DNA from: Candidatus Komeilibacteria bacterium
Lineage (GTDB): Bacteria > Patescibacteriota > Patescibacteriia > UBA1558
DNA: 64,000 nt
NCBI GenBank assembly: GCA_048538275.1
Contig: JBLYPW010000001.1
Span: forward strand, 113,248-177,247
Reading direction: 5' to 3'
Positions 1-7,093 of the stretch are shown here, piece by piece. Numbering within the stretch: position 1 is the stretch's first letter; every line of letters begins with the position of its first letter. Position numbers and translations under genes: made by a program. A model generated the notes under the pieces. It searched no databases and was not told the DNA's origin. It saw only the letters and a program-made list of their open reading frames with translations.

Positions 1-44
1 GACCACATCGTAAGTGCATAAAAAATCCAAAAATTTTGAAATTG

Positions 45-215
45 TAAATTGGCGGTGTTTTTTGATTGATGTTCGAACTTTTTTTGAGCAAAATCCGAAC
101 TCCGAATTTTAAAATCCAATCGCTCGGGCGGGCAAAAAGGAAGGGGGTTGGGGGGAAGGAATTTTTGCCCGCCCTCGCTTTCCGATTCCAATTTGTTTCC
201 GCCGCCGAATTTCGT
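45..215. repeat. att-like site: 10-bp core aaattggcgg (46-55) followed by ~160-bp arm A (56-215); inverted copy of 4277-4446
   Basis: The reverse complement of 56-215 matches 4277-4436 almost base for base. The core decamer recurs at 4437-4446 (rc) and 6177-6186. Confidence 0.8.
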
Positions 216-238
216 GCCAACGAAGTTGGCGCGCCACA

Positions 239-1540
239 TTATTTCTCTTTCTGAATAAAATCTACCAATGCTTCCCTATCTACAATTTTTTCATTTCTCA
301 TAGCAAGATTCTTTAATTTGAACATTTTTGTCTTCACTTCTTCATCGCCAATACAAATGATAAAAGGTATACTTTGCTTTTCTGCGGTTTTAATTTGTGC
401 AGGAATTTTTCTGTTGGTGTAATCAACAGCAACATTTATACCTTGTTTTCGAAGATAACCTACCAGTTCATCTGTAAACTGATCAAATTCCTCTTTCAGA
501 CGACAAATGTAAAGCTTGGTAGTGGATTGATATTTTGGTAGCAAGTCATAAGTTTCTATATAATCACGAATGGTTACATCGCCCATACCAAATCCAACGC
601 CCGGAACTTTTTCAGCACCGAAAATTGCCACCAAATCATCATAACGTCCACCGCCAAATAGTGAACGGTTATTTATAGGATTTGTATCAAACACTTCAAA
701 AACTGTTCCAGTATAGTAATCAAAACCGCGTATCAACGAAGGATCAAAAATATAATTTTTGATTTTCTTTTCTAAAAGAAGTTTTTGAAGTGTTTGTAAT
801 TCTTTTACCCCAATATTTTCTGAAAATTCCTTTGGTATTTCAGAAATTTTTTTGCAATCCAAAAACTTGATCAATTTGTTAGTTCTATCACCCAAAAATT
901 TTTCGGCTTGTAAAATAAATTCTTTTGCTTCGATTTTTTCTTTCTTATCAATCAGCTTGGTTAATTGATAACCGCTTTCTTTTTCTAAACCAAAATAATC
1001 ATTAACTAAGTAATTAATTAGTTTTCTACTATTAAGGCGAATAATGAAGTTTTCATCTTTTGCGCCAAAAGTCCGCATAACATCATAAGCGACAGAAATA
1101 ATTTCTGCGTCCGCTTCAACATTATCAATGCCAAAAAGATCAACATTAAGTTGCCAATGTTCGCGCAATCGTCCGCGTTGCGGTCTTTCATAACGAAAAA
1201 GATTTGGTATTGAATACCACCGCAAAGGAAATGATAATCCTTTTCTTTTATGAGCAATCATACGGGCGATTGTTGGGGTCATTTCTGGTCGTATGGTTAC
1301 ATCTCTGTTGCCTCGATCAATGAAAGAATAAGTTTGTTCGTTTACTATTTCCGAGCCAGTTTTTGCACGATAAATTGCGGTTTCTTCCAAAATTGAAGCT
1401 CCGTATTCAACATAGCCATATTGCTCAACCACTTTTCGCATTGTTGAGAAAATATAGTTTTGCACACCCATATCTTCTGGATAAAAATCCCTCGTTCCAC
1501 GATATGGTTCTGTTGATAGTTTTTGAGAATTATTTTTCAT
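239..1540 (-). CDS. hisS: histidyl-tRNA synthetase (class II aaRS)
   Basis: Motif 2 FRYERPQRGRLREHWQ, motif 3 GGGRYDDL, N-terminal RGTRDFYPED, C-terminal anticodon-binding region; 433 aa. Confidence 0.9.
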   Translation of the reverse strand: MKNNSQKLSTEPYRGTRDFYPEDMGVQNYIFSTMRKVVEQYGYVEYGASILEETAIYRAKTGSEIVNEQTYSFIDRGNRDVTIRPEMTPTIARMIAHKRKGLSFPLRWYSIPNLFRYERPQRGRLREHWQLNVDLFGIDNVEADAEIISVAYDVMRTFGAKDENFIIRLNSRKLINYLVNDYFGLEKESGYQLTKLIDKKEKIEAKEFILQAEKFLGDRTNKLIKFLDCKKISEIPKEFSENIGVKELQTLQKLLLEKKIKNYIFDPSLIRGFDYYTGTVFEVFDTNPINNRSLFGGGRYDDLVAIFGAEKVPGVGFGMGDVTIRDYIETYDLLPKYQSTTKLYICRLKEEFDQFTDELVGYLRKQGINVAVDYTNRKIPAQIKTAEKQSIPFIICIGDEEVKTKMFKLKNLAMRNEKIVDREALVDFIQKEK

Positions 1541-1550
1541 ATAAAATCTT

Positions 1551-2867
1551 TTAACCCTGATGTGTTTTTAATTTTTTGGAAAAAGAATAAAAGTCATCTA
1601 TTTTTATTATATTTTTCTTTCGTCCAATATTAATTTCAGCCATGTAATTGTTATAAAAATTATTTTTAAGAAGAATAAAAACCTTAAATTTTTTTATATT
1701 ATCAGGTTTTTCTCTTATATCTATTTCCGCGACATGTCCTTCTTTCCTTAAAGCATTAACTAATTTTATCACCATTTTATAATCTTTCTTCGGGTTCTCG
1801 CAAGAAACGAATACGCCAGGTTTTTTGGAGGGTAAATTTAAAAGTTTACATTCTTTCAGTTTTTCCATAGTCCCCATATAACCAAATCCAAAACCTATCG
1901 CTGGCAAATTCCTTTCCCCATACATGCTTATTAACCAATCATATCTTCCTCCCCCTGATAACGCACCTAGTTTTTTATTTTTATCAGAAACCTCAAATAT
2001 TATTCCCGTGTAAAAAGAGCCTCGAGCTATTGATAAATCAAGTCTACACATATCGTAAATACCATACCATTTTAAAATCTTTGAAATCTGGGTGAATCTT
2101 TTTAAAATTTGATCGGATTGTTTTGCTATATTTTTATTAACTTGCTTTATCTTTTGTATACAATTGATAATTGACCCGTTTAAGGAAATCATCTTGTATA
2201 TAAAAACAATTTGTTTTTTGGTTAAACCAATGTATTCAAATCTGCTATAAAATTCTTTTTTGCTAATTTTTTCTTTATCATCCACTATTTTAACCGCAGT
2301 ATAACAATCATCTGGTTTCACGCCTGCGAAGAATAAGATATTTTCTAAGAGTTTCCTGTCATTAATACTTATTTCCACTTCTTTGCCCAAACCAAGATTT
2401 TTATAAAGATTTGCGGCACACGCCAATATCTCGGCATCTGCCTCAACGGTATCACGTCCTATTATATCTATATCTGTCTGCCAAAATTCTTTTGCTCTAT
2501 CATTTTTAATTTTATCTTCCTGTCTCCATCGTTTAGATGTATCGTACCAACGAATCGGTAATTCAATTTTTTTTAATTCTTGCACCATCCTAGCTCTCGT
2601 TGGAGTTTGTTCCGGGATAAGTGTAAGATAGTTTTTTTGATTATCAAAAAAACTAAATGTCTGGCTGATTAACCCCTCCGACCAAGGAGGTTTAACTTCA
2701 TACAAACTCCTTCTTTCTATAGATGGGGCACTTATCCTTTCAAAACCGAAGCTCTCTATAGTTTTTTCAACTATATTTTGAACATGCTGCCATTTTATCC
2801 ATTCATCAGGATATATACTTTTAAAACCGTTAATTGATTTTAGATTATTATTACTATTCATGCTCAT
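1551..2867 (-). CDS. HisRS-like paralog with degenerate catalytic motif 2
   Basis: The HisRS fold is recognisable (GGGRYDWL, TLIPEQTPTRARM), but motif 2 reads RWRQEDKIKNDRAKEFWQ rather than the FRYERPQ.GR consensus. Sits tandem to hisS. Confidence 0.7.
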   Translation of the reverse strand: MSMNSNNNLKSINGFKSIYPDEWIKWQHVQNIVEKTIESFGFERISAPSIERRSLYEVKPPWSEGLISQTFSFFDNQKNYLTLIPEQTPTRARMVQELKKIELPIRWYDTSKRWRQEDKIKNDRAKEFWQTDIDIIGRDTVEADAEILACAANLYKNLGLGKEVEISINDRKLLENILFFAGVKPDDCYTAVKIVDDKEKISKKEFYSRFEYIGLTKKQIVFIYKMISLNGSIINCIQKIKQVNKNIAKQSDQILKRFTQISKILKWYGIYDMCRLDLSIARGSFYTGIIFEVSDKNKKLGALSGGGRYDWLISMYGERNLPAIGFGFGYMGTMEKLKECKLLNLPSKKPGVFVSCENPKKDYKMVIKLVNALRKEGHVAEIDIREKPDNIKKFKVFILLKNNFYNNYMAEINIGRKKNIIKIDDFYSFSKKLKTHQG

Positions 2868-3882
2868 GGAATAACTTGATTTTTTTCATAAAATTAACAA
2901 TTTTTTCGTTATTCTCTTTTTTAATTAAGTACCGACCAATAAGAGAAACGATAATCATGCCGGTTACAACTTTCCATCTATAACCAGCATATATATTCCA
3001 AATTTTTGCCATACCAAGCTCCATAAGATATGGCCAAGTAATAATGGCTGTAAGGGCGATAATTAATCCTGTCGTTTTTCCAGCACCAATTTTTTTGGTT
3101 AGGTATTGCATAGCGACAGTCGCACTTCCTATAGTAGAAACTGCTAATGCAAAAATAACAACTAAAAGTAAGATGCCTAAAAACAAAGTTGGTTTAAAAA
3201 ATAAGCCAGTTAGTACAACAAAAGTCATGTATAATCCAAACCAAAAACCACCCCAAAGACTGAGTCTTATTTGGTTTTCTTTTTGCTCAAACCTTTGCCA
3301 CATCATAGGATCGGTGAACACTCCGGTTATAATACCTAATAATCCTAAGGGGAATACCCACTTAATCCCAGCTTCTGTTATGAGCTGTAAATTGGGGTTA
3401 ATCGTAAAATTACTTATTATAATAGAAGAAACTGCCAGCAAGACAACCGCAGAAATTTGTAAAGAATAGTATCCTAAATCAGATAAAACACTTCCTCTTA
3501 AGCCATATTTATAAATAAATAATAAAATAGCTAAAGATAAAAATATAATGGAAGGCACGCTAAAACTATTATCTATAAAATGAAAAGACGCCACATCATG
3601 ACCGCCCCCTAATCCTATAAGTAGGGCCTGCATATTCATAATGATGGCCATCGCCGCAATAAATAATGAAAATAAAATTAAAGGAATAAAATTGATCCAT
3701 TTCTCAAACCCTCTAATTTTTACTTTCATGTAGCCAAATAATGGCATAGCCAAGATATTACCAATAACCCAAACAAGGGCTGGAACTATACCATAAGTAT
3801 ACATAAAAGCTATTGTTGCTATCATGCTTACACCCCAAGACCACGAAGCGCCAAGGCTTATTCCAACTCTGCGGTAACTCAT
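2854..3882 (-). CDS. polytopic integral membrane protein, unknown function
   Basis: About 9-10 hydrophobic helices in the translation; overlaps the upstream gene by 14 nt. Confidence 0.5.
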   Translation of the reverse strand: MSYRRVGISLGASWSWGVSMIATIAFMYTYGIVPALVWVIGNILAMPLFGYMKVKIRGFEKWINFIPLILFSLFIAAMAIIMNMQALLIGLGGGHDVASFHFIDNSFSVPSIIFLSLAILLFIYKYGLRGSVLSDLGYYSLQISAVVLLAVSSIIISNFTINPNLQLITEAGIKWVFPLGLLGIITGVFTDPMMWQRFEQKENQIRLSLWGGFWFGLYMTFVVLTGLFFKPTLFLGILLLVVIFALAVSTIGSATVAMQYLTKKIGAGKTTGLIIALTAIITWPYLMELGMAKIWNIYAGYRWKVVTGMIIVSLIGRYLIKKENNEKIVNFMKKIKLFHEHE

Positions 3883-3951
3883 TTCTGTTATGTTGTCTTG
3901 ACTGTCTTTTCTTTTAAAAAGCTTTTCTAAAATTATATTTTTTTAAAATTA

Positions 3952-4158
3952 TTATTTTATTAAGTCCTCAATTGAAACGCCCAGCGCTTTGGCAATTTCT
4001 GCCATAGTTTGAACACTCGGCTTATTAACTGTTCCACTTTCGACCTTCATAAGCGTTGTATATTTAATATCCGCTTTCTTGGCTAAATCATCTTGGGTTA
4101 AGCCAAGTTTGACACGCATTTTTTTGATATTTTCACTAATTATTTTTCCACTTGTCAT
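3952..4158 (-). CDS. XRE-family helix-turn-helix transcriptional regulator
   Basis: LGLTQDDLAKKADIKYTTLMKVESG...IAKALGVSIEDL is a typical Cro/C1 HTH; 68 aa. Confidence 0.75.
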   Translation of the reverse strand: MTSGKIISENIKKMRVKLGLTQDDLAKKADIKYTTLMKVESGTVNKPSVQTMAEIAKALGVSIEDLIK

Positions 4159-4276
4159 ATAAATAAAGTTTTGGTAGTATTATAGTATATAAGGTTATTA
4201 CCCTTATTGTTATACTACCAAATAAAATGAAAATAATCAAACAAATTTATTGGCGGCGCATTTCGCAAAGCGAAAT

Positions 4277-4566
4277 ACGAAATTCGGCGGCGGAAACAAA
4301 TTGGAATCGGAAAGCGAGGGCGGGCAAAAATTCCTTCCCCCCAACCCCCTTCCTTTTTGCCCGCCCGAGCGATTGGATTTTAAAATTCGGAGTTCGGATT
4401 TTGCTCAAAAAAAGTTCGAACATCAATCAAAAAACACCGCCAATTTTCACTTTTTGTGAAATCGTAAGAAACAGCCTCGGCGCAAAGCGCCTCGGCATGG
4501 TATTTTTCCGCAATTTTGAAGTCATTTTTGAAATCCAAAACCAAAGTGCGGTCGGCAATACGGAAA
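4277..4566. repeat. internal inverted att-like site: arm A (4277-4436) - core (4437-4446) - arm B (4447-4566)
   Basis: Arm A is the reverse complement of 56-215. Arm B is the reverse complement of 6058-6177 and, on the minus strand, encodes the recombinase C-terminal peptide SNFRIADRTLVLDFKNDFKIAEKYHAEALCAEAVSYDFTKSENW. Confidence 0.8.
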
Positions 4567-4684
4567 TTCGCCGTGCAAAGCACGGGCAAAATGAAATTTT
4601 GCAAACCAATCTTTTTTCTTTCGCTTTCAGCGAAAGGTTGAGCGTATTTTTCTTTGATTGCCCAAAAACTAATTTCAAAACAAT

Positions 4685-6250
4685 ATGGACAACATAAATT
4701 TACAAACCAAAAAGATTTTTCTCTATGCTCGTAAATCCACGGACGAACCCGAAAGGCAGGTTTTGAGCATTGAAGCGCAAATGTTTGAGTTGCGGGAATT
4801 TGCCAAAAAAGAGGGTTTGAATATCGTCCGTGAATTTGTGGAAAGCAAAACCGCCAAAGAACCAGGCAGAGAGATTTTTAATGACATGATCGCAAGCATA
4901 GAGAAAAATGAAGCCGAAGGAATTTTAGCGTGGCACCCTGACCGCCTTGCTCGTAATTCCATAGACGGCGGACGAATAATTTATTTGGTGGATACTGGAA
5001 AAATTACCACGCTAAAATTTCCCACTTTTTGGTTTGATCCGACACCGCAGGGAAAATTTATGTTATCCATTGCTTTTGGGCAATCAAAATATTATGTGGA
5101 TAATCTTTCGGAAAACATAAAGAGGGGTATTCGCCAGAAATTGCGAAATGGAATATGGCCCGCTTGGGCGCCACTTGGCTATATAAACGACAAAAACGCC
5201 CGCTGTATCGCCGTGGATAAAGAAAATGCAAAGTATATCAAGCGGGCATTTGAAATGTACGCGACTGGCGAATACCCCCTCGCTCAAATCCGAAAGATTA
5301 TCAATTCCTTGGGCTTGGTTGGCAAGAAAGGCAAAAAGCTTTCCGTCTCAAATTATCAGTATATGCTCAAGAATAAAATCTATTATGGAATGATTGAATA
5401 TAACGGTGAAATGTATGACGGAAAGCATGAACCGATTATCACAAAGAAACTTTTTGATTCCGTTCAAGAAGTGATGGCGAACAAGAGCAAACCAAAATCG
5501 CCAAAACTCAAACCTTATGTTTTTAGAGGATTTTTCCGTTGTGGAGAGTGCGGTTGTTTCATTACTACCGAAACACAAAAAGGACACAATTATTTGCGTT
5601 GCACCAAACGGAAAAATCCTTGCACACAAAAATATGTCCGCGAGGAAATCATCACTTCTCAAATAAAGGAAGAAATCAAAAAAGTTTCTTTGTCTTCCGC
5701 TTGGGCAAACGCTTCAATCAATTATTTTGAAAATGAAAAAATGAAAATTGCCCAAGCGGAAAGCTCTTTCGCCCAAAAAGCGAGAGATGAGCTTGTGGAA
5801 ATAGAAACAAAGCTTGATCGTTTGCTTGATTTACAACTGGACGGCAATTTGTCGCAAGCGGAATATACCGCTAAAAAGCACAAGCTCATTCTCGCTAAAA
5901 AAGATATGGAAGAAAAAATCACCGCTTTTGGGCGAAAGAGCAATAATCGGTTCGAACTTGCCATTGCCTTTCTAAAAGAAGCCAATCAAGCCGAAAAATA
6001 CGCTCAACAAGAAAATCCCGAAAGGATTCGGGATTTTCTCAAAAAGATTGGTTCGAACTTCCGTATTGCCGACCGCACTTTGGTTTTGGATTTCAAAAAT
6101 GACTTCAAAATTGCGGAAAAATACCATGCCGAGGCGCTTTGCGCCGAGGCTGTTTCTTACGATTTCACAAAAAGTGAAAATTGGCGGAGGAGGCGGGATT
6201 CGAACCCGCGATACCTTGCGGTATGCCTGCACTCCAAGCAGGTGCACTAG
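4685..6250 (+). CDS. large serine recombinase (resolvase/invertase N-domain + recombinase domain + zinc ribbon)
   Basis: N-terminal YARKSTDEPERQVLSIEAQ (catalytic Ser region), recombinase domain, CGECG..C zinc ribbon. The 3' end runs through repeat B into tRNA-Ser antisense. Confidence 0.85.
   Translation: MDNINLQTKKIFLYARKSTDEPERQVLSIEAQMFELREFAKKEGLNIVREFVESKTAKEPGREIFNDMIASIEKNEAEGILAWHPDRLARNSIDGGRIIYLVDTGKITTLKFPTFWFDPTPQGKFMLSIAFGQSKYYVDNLSENIKRGIRQKLRNGIWPAWAPLGYINDKNARCIAVDKENAKYIKRAFEMYATGEYPLAQIRKIINSLGLVGKKGKKLSVSNYQYMLKNKIYYGMIEYNGEMYDGKHEPIITKKLFDSVQEVMANKSKPKSPKLKPYVFRGFFRCGECGCFITTETQKGHNYLRCTKRKNPCTQKYVREEIITSQIKEEIKKVSLSSAWANASINYFENEKMKIAQAESSFAQKARDELVEIETKLDRLLDLQLDGNLSQAEYTAKKHKLILAKKDMEEKITAFGRKSNNRFELAIAFLKEANQAEKYAQQENPERIRDFLKKIGSNFRIADRTLVLDFKNDFKIAEKYHAEALCAEAVSYDFTKSENWRRRRDSNPRYLAVCLHSKQVH
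6058..6186. repeat. arm B plus core aaattggcgg directly abutting the tRNA-Ser 3' end (attR-like)
   Basis: Reverse complement of 4437-4566; the core overlaps the tRNA acceptor 3' strand. Confidence 0.8.
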
Positions 6251-6269
6251 ACCACTATGCGACCCCTCC
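6182..6269 (-). tRNA. tRNA-Ser (anticodon GGA), class II with long variable arm, CCA encoded
   Basis: rc = GGAGGGGTCGCATAGTGGTCTAGTGCACCTGCTTGGAGTGCAGG...GCGGGTTCGAATCCCGCCTCCTCCGCCA. Manual fold gives a 7-bp acceptor stem, anticodon loop TTGGAGT, variable hairpin and T-loop TTCGAAT. Confidence 0.85.
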
Positions 6270-6333
6270 GCAGGGAATAATACTTTTAAAAACGTTAGAA
6301 TTATAGCAAAATGCGAAGAAAAATCAAGTCTTA

Positions 6334-7020
6334 TTAATTCTTCGCCAGTACCAGCGCCCAGACTGCTCGGGCGTTGTTTTGTTTGAGTAGTTTAGCTTGT
6401 TCATCAAGCGTGGCGCCGGTGGTAATAACGTCGTCTATTAAAATGATAGTTTGATCGGCTAGGTCAATATTTTTACTAATACTAAAGCTATTAGCGACAT
6501 TGATCAGGCGTTGCTGGCGATTGAGGTTGGCCTGATGATCATTGTATTTTTTACGGTGGAGAATATTTGTTTTGACTGGTATTTTCAGCGCTAAACCAAA
6601 ATGATTTGCCAGTAGCTCAGCTTGGTTAAAGCCGCGTTCATTATAACGTCGGCGATGTAAGGGTGTAGGGATAATCAAACAATTATCTGGCATGTCTATA
6701 TTTTGGTATCGTTGGATTAATAATTGTGCCAGCGGCACGGCCAACTGAGAATGGTATTGGTATTTGAAGGCGTGAATCACTTTATCTAAACCACCATCCA
6801 GATAAGTAGCGCTGACTAGAATTTTGTCCAACGATGTTTGGTTGGCACAGGCAGTGCATAAAATTTGTTGATCTTGAGCTTTATCGCAGAGCGGGCAGAT
6901 AAGGGGGCGTTTTTTAATTTTATACTGACAATCATCACACCAATTGGTATTGTTTTGTCCACAAACAGCGCAAGTAGGCGGAAATAGCCAGTGAATAAGG
7001 TAAGCGAGTGGATTGAACAT
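6334..7020 (-). CDS. comF: ComF-family protein (zinc finger + phosphoribosyltransferase domain)
   Basis: N-terminal CAVCG...CDDC and CPLC..C cysteine pairs; PRTase motif IILIDDVITTGATL. Confidence 0.8.
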   Translation of the reverse strand: MFNPLAYLIHWLFPPTCAVCGQNNTNWCDDCQYKIKKRPLICPLCDKAQDQQILCTACANQTSLDKILVSATYLDGGLDKVIHAFKYQYHSQLAVPLAQLLIQRYQNIDMPDNCLIIPTPLHRRRYNERGFNQAELLANHFGLALKIPVKTNILHRKKYNDHQANLNRQQRLINVANSFSISKNIDLADQTIILIDDVITTGATLDEQAKLLKQNNARAVWALVLAKN

Positions 7021-7093
7021 AAGATTATATTAATAATAAAAAAAACAGAGTCGCATAATCAACGACCCTGTTTTAATAAATGTAAAAATTAAC

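Noticed and set aside
66-254. 62-aa ORF at the window start, and similar ORFs at 4227-4697, 4250-4459, 4380-4604, 5972-6247 and 6048-6386
   Set aside because: All lie inside the att-like repeat arms or the tRNA-Ser sequence. Their peptides are mirror translations of the same repeat in different copies (for example IFTFCEIVRNSLGAKRLGMVFF appears in two of them). No RBS is present. They are treated as non-coding repeat sequence.
1018-1257. Short antisense ORFs nested inside hisS, clpC, recG, rpoD and other long genes (for example 1018-1257, 7857-8213, 21098-21418, 31972-32250)
   Set aside because: They are fully embedded in the opposite strand of well-supported conserved genes. They are typical spurious ORFs of AT-rich sequence.
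1551-2867. HisZ (ATP phosphoribosyltransferase regulatory subunit) as the identity of the second HisRS-like gene
   Set aside because: This is not adopted as the call. The protein retains a full-length C-terminal region, which HisZ normally lacks. No hisG or other his biosynthesis genes are visible nearby. HisZ is kept only as an alternative hypothesis in the findings.
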